Below, piece by piece: positions 23,655 through 37,500 of a stretch of 64,000 nucleotides of DNA. The notes beneath the pieces were generated by a model that saw only the letters and a program-made list of their open reading frames with translations, made no database searches and was not told the DNA's origin. The position numbers were made by a program, and so were the translations under genes. This DNA is from Lophium mytilinum (lineage: Eukaryota), in the NCBI GenBank assembly GCA_010093605.1, contig MU004183.1, forward strand, positions 1,178,001 through 1,242,000. Direction: 5' to 3'. Positions within the stretch are counted from its first letter, which is position 1; each line of letters opens with the position of its first letter.

Positions 23655-25952
23655 ATGGCGGTTCGCGACATCGAGCCAGCGCTCGCTATGACAGGTCGGC
23701 TACAGGGCCTTCTTAAGCGTGCGTCTCAAATCAAAGCGTCGACTGCCATCGACCCACCGCTGCAAGTATCGGAGCTCAGCAGTGAAGATGAAATGCTCCT
23801 GGGCCCTATTACTGGAGACGCGGAACTGCATAAATCAATAGTCGATGCAGCTGCACGGAATATATTCTACAACATATTGGTAATTATGACTACCCTGTAG
23901 GTCTTCCACCGCTGACCGTATCCAAGGCAACTACTTCTATCGAAGATCCATCTTTTGTTCAAGTCTGGAATCTTCTTGACATACTACAGTATTGCGGAGA
24001 CAAAGGTACGCTTGACTTTAGTTTGTCTGTCTTACCGCGTTTGAACACCTGGTTCTTTCCCTACGCAACTCTTCCTATATGATTGGCGTTTCCTCGTGTC
24101 TACATTCCTTGTTCTCGTCTCTTCTGAAAAGGAGAGTGCTTTTTGTTTAGAGCAACCGCCATCATCCCTGATTTGTCCCCTTTCCCGACCCTGTTCTTTC
24201 ACGTCGCTGTCGCAAACTTACGGACCCAAATGCTGACGTTGTCTAGACCAGTGTTACTCAGGCTTAGTGTTTCTCCTTGTCGAGGAACTTCTCGACAGTC
24301 AGAGTATAGACGGCTGTAGGATCATATTCGACTTTTTGGAGTCGAGAAGAGAAGCTCTTATTGCTGTAGGTAATCTAGTGAATTGCAGTATTCTGGGTCC
24401 TTGCTAATGTGGGGTGGACAGAACGGCTCCAAGAATAAGGATTTGGTGATCCTACGATCATGCAACGAACTTCTCCGGCGTCTCTCGCGCGCAGAAGATG
24501 CCGTCTTCTGTGGAAGAGTATACATTTTCCTTTTCCAGAGCTTCCCTCTCGGCGACAAGAGTTCGGTAAACTTGCGAGGAGAGTTCCATGTCGAGAATGT
24601 GACCACATTCGAAGATTCCGTACAGGTGGCCGAAGACCCTCAAGATAGGATGGAAATTGATGCAGATCCAACGGAGGAGACGGCGCAGGCGGACGATAGT
24701 GCAAAGCCCGAGCAAGACGCCGTGAAGACAGCAGAGTCAGATGCAAGCCAAAAAGCTGGCCAAAAGACACTGACTATCGACACTCTATACCCGATATTCT
24801 GGTCATTACAGCAGGCCTTCTCAAATCCGATCAACCTATTCAACGAGGACCACTTCGCAGAATTCAAAAAAGGGTTGGAAGCTACTTTGACCAAATTCAG
24901 AGATGTTCCAAAAGTTATCCAAGCTACAAACGCTGAGAGCAGCCGTGGCCTCAAGCGAAAGCTGGAGGAGACGTATGATGAGTTTGCCAGTACTTTCAAC
25001 CCCAAATACCTCACCAGCCGTGATCTCTTCAAGCTCGAGGTAAGAAGCCCACGCCGGCACAACTTCAGCATGATGCTAAGCGCGTATAGTTGAGCGACCT
25101 AGCGTTTCAGAGGCACATCCTGGTCCAGGCCCTGATCCTGATCGACTTTATTTTGTCGTTGACGGAGAAGTCCAAGAAGAAGCCGTATCAGACCAACGCA
25201 CAAAAAGCACTGCAGTACAACTTCACTCTTAGTGAGCAAGATGTGAGTCCCGTTATCCTTTCTGACTGTGCTACAAGACGTTGGGCTGACGGCAGGGACA
25301 GGCGGAGTGGGCATCGGGCATCAAGAACACCATCGCAAATTACCTGCAGGATGCACCGGATGGCAAGTTCTACTACCGCATGGTCGACACGGTCCTGTCA
25401 CGAGATAAGAACTGGGTACGGTGGAAGATGGAGAGCTGTCCACCCATCATCCGTGACAGGGTCTCCACAAAGGACTCCCAGGACGCGAAATCCGGGGCGC
25501 GGAGAGCTTACGCTAGCAAGCGGATCAAGGTCAATGCTATGGGATTGGACTTGACCTTCCTCTCCGACACGGATGGCTCCAGTGGCCTCGAGCGGCTGAA
25601 GGATGGAGAGAGGTGAGTTTCTCCGCTCGCCCGAAACGCATGTCACGTTGAGTGCTCACGAGAGATCAGATACGTCGTACCCGGAGCGGAGTCATTTGCA
25701 AAGGAGGTGGCCGGCATCGACTTGGACCTGGAGATGGCCATGACGGAGCAGGAAAAGGAAAACCTGGGGGCGGCCAAGGCTAGCCAGACGTGGAGAGCGC
25801 TTCGCGTCGCGTCCAAGGACAACCTGAGCCGGTTCGACCAGCTCGAGGGCAGTTCGCTGGAGAAGCTCTTTCAGCCGGATGCGGCCGAGCAGACAGCAGA
25901 AGAGCATGCACCGGAGGGCAGGGATGCAGAGCCGGACGACGTCAAGGCATAG
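23655..25952 (+). CDS. THOC1: THO complex subunit 1 (THOC1/Hpr1), multi-exon
   Basis: LVILRSCNELLRRLSRAEDAVFCGRVYIFLFQSFPLGDKSSVNLRGEF, LYPIFWSLQ, FNPKYLTSRDLF, FQRHILVQALI and RMVDTVLSRDKNWVRWK motifs. About 6 GT-AG introns. Confidence 0.9.
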
Positions 25953-28900
25953 GCGTGGATGAGCGGGCCGTCCAGGGCGTCAAGTGACGGCGGAGCGCCG
26001 GGGCAGGACGGGCTGTGGGGTGTGGCAGAGGCACGGGGGCAGCGTGCGAAGAGGGCCAGGCAGGCAGATATCGTCGAAGCGCGACCATAATGCAAAGGGC
26101 CAGAGGCCGTTGAACGTGCCGTTGGATGTGCAGCTTGTTCTGATGATGTGCAGCCGCGGAGCAGGCTGTGGCGTTCGCTAGCCCTTCTCACCAGCCTACT
26201 TCGTCTACTTCGTATCTACTGTACCTAACCTTAACGCAGGTGGGCACGATGCGGGTGAACTAGGGCGCGATGATCTATCCGCATCGGCAACTCCCATCCC
26301 ACACACCTACCACGGTGCCACCACATGCAAAGCCGCCACCACGAAGCCCACCACCCGCCATGGAACGTCCGGAGAAGAATCGACGGCCGCCCCCAGCCTC
26401 GGCCAACTGCTGTGCAACCGCACTGCCAGGCTCGTCGCCGTCGCAGTCGGGCCGACAGCCTGACGGCGCACGGCAGCCTTCGCGGTGACGGCGACACAGG
26501 CTGTCAGCGACAACTTGGACGTGCTGTCACGATCCGTCGCTGCGGGCAGATTCTGCAGAGTCCCGAAGGAAATGAAAGGGCGGCGTCGAGAGCGCGTCGC
26601 CCGTCGGCCTCAAGTATCCATCCATGCGAGCATCAAACCTCTGCGACAAGGCCGCGCCCAGCGACCCGCCCCGTCCGCCCCGTCCACGCCGCCGCAGTCC
26701 TCCTTCATTTCACAAGGCTGCGGTTCCTGGCCCCATGGCCGTCGCCAAGCCCCGCGTCGTGAGCGCTGTCCGGTGGTGGTGCAGCCATTGCGTACGCCCA
26801 CAAACGTGTTTGCTTGCGAAACAGCAAGCGTCTCTGTCTGCTTCACCGAACTGGAGCCACTACGCATCCTCCCCCGGGCCTCGAGGCCCAGCTTGCCGCT
26901 GCAGCTGCCGTCCTCGGGCTGGTCACGCAGCTGCTGTACATACAGACGTCCGGCCTGCAAAGGCGGAGGAGTCGTCGGCTAGTGCTGGGCTCGGTACTAT
27001 GTAGGTCGTTGTCGGTAGGTCTCGGCCAGGGAGGTAGGTCTGGCTGCATCAATCATGCTCTCGTCGGACACGGCTTCTCTTCTCATTCTGGCACGGGTCG
27101 GCTTCCTTTCTCAGTCGCGCGCACTCGCAGGCCTCCCGGCTGCTGATCATTGCGGAAAGACATCGAAACGCCCGCCAGGGGGCCCACAGCGATCATGGCG
27201 AGAGCTGATCGCCCCTGCGTCCAGCGCGAGTGCGAGGCAGGTCTTACCGCTGGCCGGCGTGGGTTGCTGCGAACTGTCGCCGTCTCGCGGCCTCTCACGT
27301 CTTTTGTGCGCTGCCACGACGTCGTCGCAGGCACGCCCCCGTCCCACGACGTCCCACCCACGGCGACGTGTCCCAGGCCGCCGTCACGTTGTAGTATAAC
27401 GTTACGGCTGTCAGTAGTCGGCGGTGCAGCACGCGTCTTCCAGAAGCAGCGCTTCGTCCGGAGCGGGCCGAGCACTTCACCGTTGGATCGCACATCGCAC
27501 ATCGCCAACGCCAGCACACGATTGGCAGCTTGCCAGCAGCCCGCACCACTAGCCACGGGCTTGACCGATCGTGCATGGCGTGCATCGGCTGGGGCGTCGC
27601 GCCAACCGCCTTCTGTTCGCCGGCAGCTCTGAGCGAGCAGACGGGCGCTGGTGACTTCATGCATCGCATCCCAGGCGACTCCCAGCGCGCTGAGGGCGGC
27701 TCTCTACCCCAGGGCTAGCCTCTGTGTTCCTGACGCAATCTCCCACGGCCCCCAGCTGCGAGCCCGCGCAAATAGCCTCGTCCTCAGCGCGCCCGGATCG
27801 TGGATGAATGCCACAGCAGCCGGATGTGCGCAGGGTGCCACACGCCCGACTGCCCAGGGCCCCTTCCGCACCGCCAGCGCCGGGGCATGTCGCCTGCCAG
27901 CTCCAGCCGCCGTGCTTGGGTGGATGCGGATGCGTGGTGGATGCGTGGAGGGTGCTGATGCTGCTGGTCTGCCGTCGACTGCACCCACCTGCCCTTTAGA
28001 CCCCGCACAAACGGTGCCGAGCCTTGCTACTGCTGCATGCTGAATCCTAGCGACGGCGCTGCCAATGGGCGCGGCGCCTCGAGCAGCCCGGCGACTCTTG
28101 TTCACGCTCCCTGTGCTGTGGCGGCCCTGGCATTGCGGGCGCTCTAGCCTGGAGCTTGTTCGCATCCTCTTTCGAGAACGGCACACCTGGGCCTCACACA
28201 CACACACACCCCCTGCGGCCAGTCGCCAGCCCGCTCCGTTGACGCTCCGTCTCTCTAGGGTCGCGTCCCGAGGTACCGCACCCCTGTGTCCTCAGCGGGC
28301 TCTTCTGCGGTGCTAACCCCCCGAACAGAGTCACGCCTCTCGTGGTGTAACAAACGGCACCCAGAGCCCCAAGGCCATCACCTCCATAACATGGAGCGAG
28401 TCGTCGTGCTGGTCTGACCCCGTCCGCAGAGGTACCTCCCAGCCCTCGATTTACCCGGATCGCCAGCCTTATAGTGCCGACAACTCTACTTCAGTATGAT
28501 TAAACTGTCCCTTTGCGCCCTTGTCTGTTATCGCTGATATAGCCAGCGTGCTGTTGCAGGCCATTACTAGAAAGAACGACGGCGTCGTCAACCCGAGCAA
28601 CGCAAATACTCATATCCGATGCCACCGCGCTGCTGTTCTGTCTCCTCAAGTATCCAACTATCGCCGTTCCGTCTTTATTTGGAAGCCGTGTCGCTGTCTT
28701 GCGGCCTTTCTATTTCCAGTATCGTTACACGGCAATTCTGCGCCCCAACCTGCCTTGACGTGCGACGGACCCCATTCAGCCGTTCTTCTGCGCATTAATA
28801 TCTTAAAACCATTACGAGACGGAAGCGCCCCAGAAGCCCTCTGTAACGGACTGTCGACTACACGATCTTGGATCTTTCGGTTTTGGCGCCATCTTCAAGC

Positions 28901-29293
28901 ATCGCAGAATCTCCATCTCACCACGCCGATCAGCCGTGGCGCCTCCCGCACCCGGCCCTGGAGAACTTTTACTTATCTATACGCAAGTTATTCGCCGGCT
29001 TTGGTTCCTTTCCGGCGCCTCTCAATAGTGTGCGTGTCGTCCAACTGATCGACGGTCGCAGACGAGCATCCGATTCGTTGGGTGCGGTCTGGAGCTGCAC
29101 GCTATTCACAGTTCGACGTAGCCGCAGAACGTCTCCGTAGTCTAGTCGGAAGGAGAGGAGTGTGGTTGTGGTTTATCGACAGGTAGGCGTTGACGTTCTG
29201 TGGGGCGTCAGCCATGCTGACTCTTAATGCTTAGGTGGTTCAGCCACAATATCAAACCGACCAAGCATCTAGGAACCATCGACCAAGACGCAA

Positions 29294-31210
29294 ATGGTGG
29301 ACGGAAACCTCTTCATACCATTGTCTCCGCCTAGCTCGCCGCGCATGTCAGCGTTCAACGCGACCTCACCAGAGAACGAGTGGCAAATTCAAGGCCTCAA
29401 GTCCCTAGACCAAGGATCGGTAAGCTCCAAGAACGACATGGCTTTGCTACACGCCGAGGTCTCTGGCCATCCCATGGACATACACAGGCGTCCAATGATG
29501 CGAGCACACAAGAGCTTCCCGTACTCCTTGAAGCCACCGGGGCAGCCTCTACATCGTCCAACCTCTTCGGTGGATGAACACACCAGTTCACCATCGTCGC
29601 AAAGAGAACGCATTACCATCAGTAACCTTGAGGACCTTGAGTCTAGCGAGCTGCCTACCATGACGTTTGGTGGTTCTGCGCCTGCTAGTCCGGTCTCTAG
29701 ATTGACACCTCCGTCGCTGAGTGGAGAGAAGAGCGATGAACACGGGGACGAGCAGGACGAGCAAGACGAATTCCAAGATGGCGACATCATATCTGGAGAC
29801 GGAGATGACGAGCAAAGACCCGCAATGTCTGCTGCAGAACTTCGCGCTCAAAAGCGCAAGATGAAGAGATTTAGGTTCGTGCTCAATCGATTATCACGCG
29901 GAACTCCAGCTAACACGCCACAAGACTCACGCACAATCAAACACGCTTTCTGATGAGCGAGTTTACACGTCAGGCGCACCCGGATGCGGCCCATCGTGAA
30001 CGGCTTGCCCGAGAAATACCGGGCCTAAGTCCTCGACAAGTCCAAGTTTGGTTCCAGAATCGGTGAGTGATCGAGATATCTCGAATGCATAGCGTATTAG
30101 ATTGCAATAGGTCTAACGTGAGATTAGGCGGGCGAAGCTAAAGCGACTAACGAGTGATGATCGCGAAAGGATGATGAGATCAAGAGCCTTGCCAGACGAT
30201 TTCGACATGACTCAGGCACTGCACTCACCGTTTGGAACAGCTCACGCAATGGGAACACCGCTGACGTCCCCCGGCTCATATACACCTTCGTTTCCTGAAG
30301 CGAACATGATGCGGCCGCTCAGCATCGATACTCTACGACGAATGCCGGACGGAAGCCACATATCGCCTACTGGTATCAGCCCTGCTTTTGGTGGGTTCGC
30401 TTTTACTCCGCCACAATCTGCGACTGAAAACCTATCCCCTGTTTCTACTGGCCACGAGAATTCGTTTGGTTACGGCTCAGGGCAGTTTGATGGAGGTCCT
30501 AGGAGATCCAATCCCTTCATTGGAAGTATGTCGATGAGCACCTCGCCAGCATACGCAGCACATCCTAACATTCCTCGTCTTCAACTTCACGCCGATCGGG
30601 TTTCAAGAACGCGGGCCGAGTCTCTCTCCTCTCCACTAAGGGCGAGTATGACGTATAGCAATGCTGGAACCGATGGTGGACTCAATGCGTCGAATGTCCA
30701 CTCCCACCACCAGATGGAAAGTTCGCACATGGGCGATGAACAGTCTCAAAGACCTTTCTCGGGCTCCATGATGCCGTACGGACTTGGTTATTCCTGTAAG
30801 TGAAGGATTGTGACTAAATTCTACATACTTGCTGACTTTCCAAAGACTCTCAGATTCCAGGCTTTCAAGCAGGAGCCACAACACGAGTTCGTTCCCTGTC
30901 TGGTAGCGTACCCAGGCGAATAGAGCTCAGCACACATTACACACCAAGCCGCAGTGCAACAACGCCACAAACGGCGACGTTCCCCAACTATACAAGCTCA
31001 CCACTTATTACACCGCAAAGCTTCCAGATCCCCCACATGAGTGCGCCACACCATATTACCTCATTCCAGAACTCTTACCTGCGTCAGGACGCTGGCCACG
31101 GCGATTCGTATCCACAAGTCGGGGCAGTAATAGGAGAAGTCCTTGAAGGGCCGAACCAGGAGAACGAAGAGTCGAATGATAACTCGGCACAACTCCAGCA
31201 ATCTTTTTGA
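29294..31210 (+). CDS. Homeobox transcription factor, 4 coding exons
   Basis: Spliced homeodomain KRKMKRFR|LTHNQTRFLMSEFTRQAHPDAAHRERLAREIPGLSPRQVQVWFQNR|RAKLKR. The last intron (30796-30846) leads to TGA at 31208-31210. Confidence 0.92.
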
Positions 31211-34200
31211 CGTTAGGGAGCAACATAAGTACTGAGACAAGCCTGCGTACACCAGTCTGCAGGGAGCTCTCCAATACAATTACGCAGAGCTGCACGAAAC
31301 CTATACAGGCCTTTTTAACGATCTATGAGGTCGGCAGGCCACCTTATATGGCACCACCCATTACTACACAGCATACACGTTACCATGCTTGCTTCGGACC
31401 ACTGGTAGTTTACGGAGCTACTTCATGCACTGGCAACGGAATTCAAACAGAGTTTCGTCCCAGAACTCAAGTCGTTCTTGACGGACGCATCAGAAGAATC
31501 GCATACACATATTTCTACGAGGTAGCATAGGCTTTAGGGCGAGACGGAAGGCAAAATACATATCACGAATCATGCGATGGCATACTACGGTGGAAGCGAC
31601 GGGGAGGATGAATTTACGGCTGTGAATGCTACGTTTGGATAGCGTATGGAGTTTGCATTGCTTTTTATATGGGTGGGTGGCTGTTTCAACGCCCTTCTTG
31701 CTCTCATGGCCGGCCATTCTGCGCATTTGTTTACCCTCCCCAGCAAAGCACCTTGTTGATGAGTTGGGCTGGCCCGCGGCGCAGGACTTATATTGGCTAG
31801 CTTTGCCCCTCTTCTTTCTTGGAAGGTTGCGAATACCCTTCTTGTATCTACTTTAGCATAGGTGTTTGATTTTCTTCTTCGACTGAATGTGAATTTCAAC
31901 AGTTGCGCACGACCTTTGAACCTAGCACTCGCTATCCTCGCGTGTCTACTAGTGGGGCTCTTATCAAATTTTCCGCCATTCAGCACTATATCACAAATAG
32001 CCATAGTGAACATGGATCGCATCAGGTACGGTCCGCACATGTCAGGGACAGCAGTCGGTAGAGCGGGGAGTCTGATGGTCACAAGGTGCGCAGCCCTGGG
32101 TCGTATAGGCAGGGGCGCGGTGGAATATGCGCTTGGTGCATCTGGGATGCGGAGATTGAGCCAGGCGGCATGTGGACTCTTGCGCGAGTCGTTGAGCTAG
32201 CCTTGCGTAAATTGCGAGTTTCCTTGTGGTTGGTGAAACTGGCAGGCTTGCAGGGGCCCGCGACGGTGGGGCTTCTAGAAAAAAGCCGTTGCCGGCGCGC
32301 TGCAGGGCCGATCAGCAGACGGATCGCATGCTCCGAAACAACGTCTCCTCCCGTGAGGCTGGCGAGGGCCCGGAAGCGCGGCTGGTGTTTGGAGTTGAAG
32401 CGGGGACGTGGACAGTCGGTCAGGCATAGCTCGAACGATGCTTCTGTCGGGTGGAGTTTCGATGGGTAGAATAGGAGATTGTGATCTTGGGGAAGATTGA
32501 TCACGTGATGTCTCAAGAATGGCTTCATCGACTTGGCCAGAGCCGCAGGAAGGTTGGTTAGACCAGTCTTGAGGTTTTGTTTCTGACTACTCTCGGCGTG
32601 CGCAAGTCTTCTTGCTGTCCACTCAGAAGGGCATCGTCGTTTGAGGTGGCTGAATGGCCTCATAGCTTGCTCAAGCTGGCCGCTTTTCGTCCAACTCAAA
32701 TGCTGAGAAAGTCGAGGAGGCCTGCCAGGCTACACAATTTGTCACCTGCAACAAGGCAACAGAACAGACTCGTTGGCAGACCTTGATTGTTTTGACACAG
32801 AAAGAAAAGGTACTGCCACCTGCCCAGATATGAGTTCTAGAGTGGTCAGTCTCCAGGTAGGCAACCTCCGACTTTTGCCCAAGACACGCCCGTATCCACA
32901 TACAGCACCGAGGAGCAGGCCTGATATAAATGGACACTTGCACCCATCTTGGAGCCTCTGCATGTGGAGGCACACTGGTGATCCTGTGTTACCCCAACTT
33001 ACTTCAGAAGGCCCATGTTTTCCCAATACGATGGCTTCCTTTGCCACCTTCGTTGCCCTCTCCAATACCTCCTTATCTGTCGCCGTCTCTGGCATCATTG
33101 TAACTCAGAGACGTTGCTTGCGAGCATCCTCGTCTGTGGCTCGCCGCCGGTGAGTCATTGCGTCGCTGCAGCTGTTGTGACATGGGCCCACTGGCAGCGG
33201 TTTGTCGCGCCATGTCCGCTTCTTCGATGAGCTCAGCCTCTCCAGAACAGCGTCATGCCTGCAGTCACCTCGCAGCAACGGCGAGGGAAGGTCGTTGGGC
33301 AATAGTCGAGCCTCCCAAAGGGGCGGCTGGCCACTGGCTGCCTGCGCTGACCGCGGAGACGGAGATAAGCTGAGCGCGGCCAGTCCTGCGAGTGGACCAA
33401 GGGCCCAAGGACGCTGAGATCATTGTGCAGCGGCGAGCGCCCTGGGAGAGTTCATGCCGCGACCTTGAGCCACCAGGACTTGCGCGCCAGGGCAGAGCTG
33501 TTCTTTGAGGCCGTGGTATTGTTCGGGCCCTGGGCTGTCTGTTATTGTTCTCGCTGGACTGCTTGCCAAAGCGCGGGCCTGGCGTGTATTTGCTGCTTTT
33601 TACTGCCTGGGCCACCTGCTTTCTTTTGTTCCAGGAGCGCCGCCTGCACGTGCACGCGGCCTTCTCTGGGAGCAGGACAGACTGCCGCGCGCGAAGGTCG
33701 AAGGAATACGACGTCCACGTCGCCGAACTGTGGTTGATGGACATGCGGCTCACTAGCAGCATCGTCCCATCGCTGGGTGGCGGCCAAGAATCGCATTGAG
33801 CGTGGCCGTCGTGGGACCGCAGATTTGCTTTTGGAGTGGCATCCTGGGAGGATGAGGCAGACTGCCCTGGCTTACCTACCTATTCTATGGTTGCTGGAAG
33901 CAGGTGTCGCCCTCGCCCGCCGAAACAGCGCCCGCGCCCTTACCCGGAGACTGAAATGCGCAAGTACATAGCTATGTACATATCTGCATCTGCTCGATGG
34001 TCGTGCTACAATAAATAGTCGATAGCCAGTGTGGGCGTGCCTCTGGTCCGTTGCGCAGTGAATCATGCCTGACAGGGGCTCTGGCCGCTAGCCGAGAGAC
34101 CGTGAAATAACTTCCAAAAGGTTTTCGCCAGCGACCTCCTCTCTCCATCAAACCTCTTCTTCGTCGCCCCGACAAGAACACCACCATCACCCTCTTCAAC

Positions 34201-34510
34201 GGTACCTCTCTGGTCATCTCCAGAGCCCGTTGTCGATTTCACAGATCCGTCTGTCGAGATCCCCGCTCAGCGGCACTCTAGCACTCACGACACCCGTCGA
34301 CGAGTCGCTCCGACAGCCTGCTCCTGCCAGGACAGTTTTTTCTGTTCACTTGCCCGGTTCTTCAGGCTCCTCACATTCCTTCGCCCCTCTCCGCTCTTCA
34401 GCGACACCTACCTAATACCACCCGCCTCGCGAATCCGTGATTCGACGACGCTCTCTTCTCCGCCGACCGCGAAACAAGGACTCCGCGACAAAAACCCCAT
34501 CAAGGTTCTA

Positions 34511-37500
34511 ATGAGTACTTCTATCTCGACCGCGCCTAATCCCACCGCAATCGCCGCCCAGTCTGCAAACGCCGCGTCTTCGCCCGCCACAGCATCGACG
34601 CCCACCGTGGCCGCTGGTTCGGCTCAGCCCACTGCCCGCTCGTACGCCAACGCGACCAAGAAGCCTGTCTCCTCGCCCGCGATTGCGTCCAGCACAGCGC
34701 CACCCGTGGCAGTGGGAGGCCCAGCACCGCAGCATGGCAAAAGCAGCTCTATCTCGCCTGTGAACGGCAAGGGCCCCATCACGCCCGCTGTTCCCGTCGT
34801 CGGCCCCCCTACAATCGTCAACAGCAGCGCCATTGTGAACGGCGCTCCTGTATCGGGAGACCACGCCCGCAAGCCCTCCGTCACCATCAGCGCGGCGGGA
34901 ACCACTGGCTTCACTCCTAACGGCGGTCCCGTTCCGCCAAACAGCAGGGCGCCCAGCAACATAACCTTCGGCTCCATCGCCCCGGGCGGATCGCCTGCGA
35001 TATCACACAGCTCGCCACATTCACAAGCCGGAAACTTGGCTACGCCCCGAAGCGACCCTCGTATTACATCGCCAGCGCAGTCGCCTTCACCGATACCGCC
35101 GCCAGCATCGAGTGGTGGCCGGCCGCCATCGGGTCTCCAGCCTGGTCAGCAAGGCCTGGTCTTCGGCGGTGTTGGCAACGAAGGCGGAGAGAACAACGTA
35201 AGAGACCACCTGCTCTGCCATGATAATGAACATCCACTGACTGACGCTCTGCAGATGCGACCTGTGTCCATGCCCCCAAACGCAAACCCTCTTCCACAAG
35301 CCCAACACCTTCGACGCGAGTCCTCACAGTCTGCACATAGCGATATGAGCAACTCGAACATGAACAACATGAATCGCGGATACGCACCGAATGGCGGGCG
35401 CGGCCGGGGCTACAATACTGGCTACGCACCTATCGCACACTCCTCGCCAGGGCCGCAATACCGACCTCTTCCGAATCAGCAACGAGTAGCACCCAACATG
35501 CCCCCTCAATTTCAAGGACAAGGCCAGATGGGAAACCCCGCAAACTCTCCATATCGCCAGAACAGAAGCCCTGCCATCACCCCTGCGGCGATGCATCAAC
35601 AGGCTCACATCGCCAACCCCCAGCAAATGCCGTATCCGAACTACCATCCTCAGCATTTCCCCCACCAGCCAGTTGGTTCCCACTCTCATTCCCCTCATCA
35701 ACAAGCTGGACCTCCCAGCAGCAATTTCATTGGCGCCGACAGTTCTCACATCTTCTCACTTTCTTTAACTTCGACAAAACCACCATTTCGTCCTGCTCCT
35801 GAAAGCTCTCTTTCTCGACCTCCTCAAATTCCTGATATCTCCAAGGCAAGTGGCTATGACCAATTTCTAACGGCTTTTGCCCATCAGGGAATGTACGGCA
35901 TGCAGCAAACTGGTCTGGACCCCAACTACGGGTACTACCCACAACAGTACCCAATGCATCAGCAGATGCCATACTCCAATGCTGCTCCGCCAAGCCCGCG
36001 ACCTGGTTACCCGCAGGTAGCTCAAGGCTTTGTGCAAGGAGCTTACGGTAACCCCCCACACGCCCAAGGCATGTCCCGAACATCATCACAAGTATCTGAG
36101 CGCCCTGCTTCGACTATCGCTGCGCCACAAACGCCGTCGCTGTCGAACGCAAATCACGTCTCTCACACTCACACCCCCAGTGTTGGCACAGCTAGTCCGG
36201 CTCCGTCTTCTAATTTTACTATTCCCAAGCCAAAGAGCAAAGCAATTGTCATCAAGAATGCCGATGGCGAGGTTCTGGACTTTGCTAAACAGAAGGCTGC
36301 TTCACCTGCGCCGCCCACAGCACCTAGATCTCCTGCTATCGCCTCTACGCCTACTCCCCCGCCTCGCGCCCCAAGCGCAAATGAGTCTGCTCATAGCAGG
36401 ACGGAAAGCGTTGCCAACAAGACAGCAGAGGAGAGGAAGGCTGAATTCGTAAAGCAGTTTCAAGAGCAAATTCACAAAGATAACGAAGAAAAGGTGAAGA
36501 CAGAAGCTGATGCCAAGGCTAAGGAAGAGAAAGATACCAAGGATAGGGCTGAAGCCGAGGCGAAATCTGCCAAGGAGAAAGAGGAAGCCGACGCCAAGGC
36601 AGCTAAAGTGAAGGAAGACGAAGAGAAGGCTAAAGCAGAAGCGGAAGCTGCCGAGAAGGCCAAGAAAGAGGCAGATGAGGCAGAGAGGCTCAAGAAGGAG
36701 GAGGACGAGCGCATTGAGCGTGAAATCGCCGAAATGGAGGAGCTCGAACGCCAGGAAGAGGAGCGTGAGCGGGCTTTCCAAGAGAAGAGGAAGAAGGAGA
36801 AGGAGGAACAGGCTCGCAAGGAAGCTGAGAAGGCCGCCAATGCCGAAGAAGAGATGCGGAAGGCCGAGCGTGAAGCTGAGGCTCTGGAGGAGGCTCGCGA
36901 GAAGGCCCGGCAAACTACTGTGGAAGAAACACCGGAAGAGAAGGCCGAGAGAGAGGCGCTGTTTGCTTCTTTGAAGAAATCGCCGTTCGCGCCTCCAGCA
37001 ACAGAGAGCCCTGCTACTCCTACCGCTGAGGCAGTAATGCCTCCACCGACACAGCCAAAATCCGCGCCCACCTCGGGCAAGCCAAAGCCTGTCCCTCATC
37101 CGCTCAAGATCGAAACCAACAAGGCCGTTGAGCCCGCACAGCCCACTGCCGGCATGCAGGCACTCAAGTCTGCGAGGTTCTTACAGGTTCGGAACGAGGC
37201 TCTCAACTACCCAGAGGGAATCAAATCGCCAAATCCAGCATTGAACCAAGGTGGCAAGAGCAAGGGCCGTCAGTACGACAAGGACTTCCTGCTTCAATTC
37301 CAGGAAGTGTTCAGAGAGAAGCCTTCCACGGACTGGGAGTTGAAACTCAAGGAAACCGTTGGCGACTCGTCGGACTCGGCTCGTCCTCAGTCAGCTCGCA
37401 CACCGATGGGCGGCATGGGCGGCCGCGGCAGCTCCCGGCCCAGCCTGCCCACAGGTCTCTCTGGAGGCACTATGGGCATGTTCTCCTCCGTGGGTGGTCG

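Noticed and set aside
26200..28320. Many overlapping 60-190 aa ORFs on both strands
   Set aside because: Arg/Pro/Ala-rich, no domains, and present in all frames, as expected for GC-rich non-coding DNA.
31300..34400. ORFs up to 206 aa between the homeobox gene and eIF4G
   Set aside because: No recognisable motifs or consistent exon structure; treated as UTR or intergenic, though a lncRNA cannot be excluded.
36302..37099. Long antisense ORFs opposite eIF4G
   Set aside because: Shadow frames of the GAG/AAG-rich coiled-coil region.
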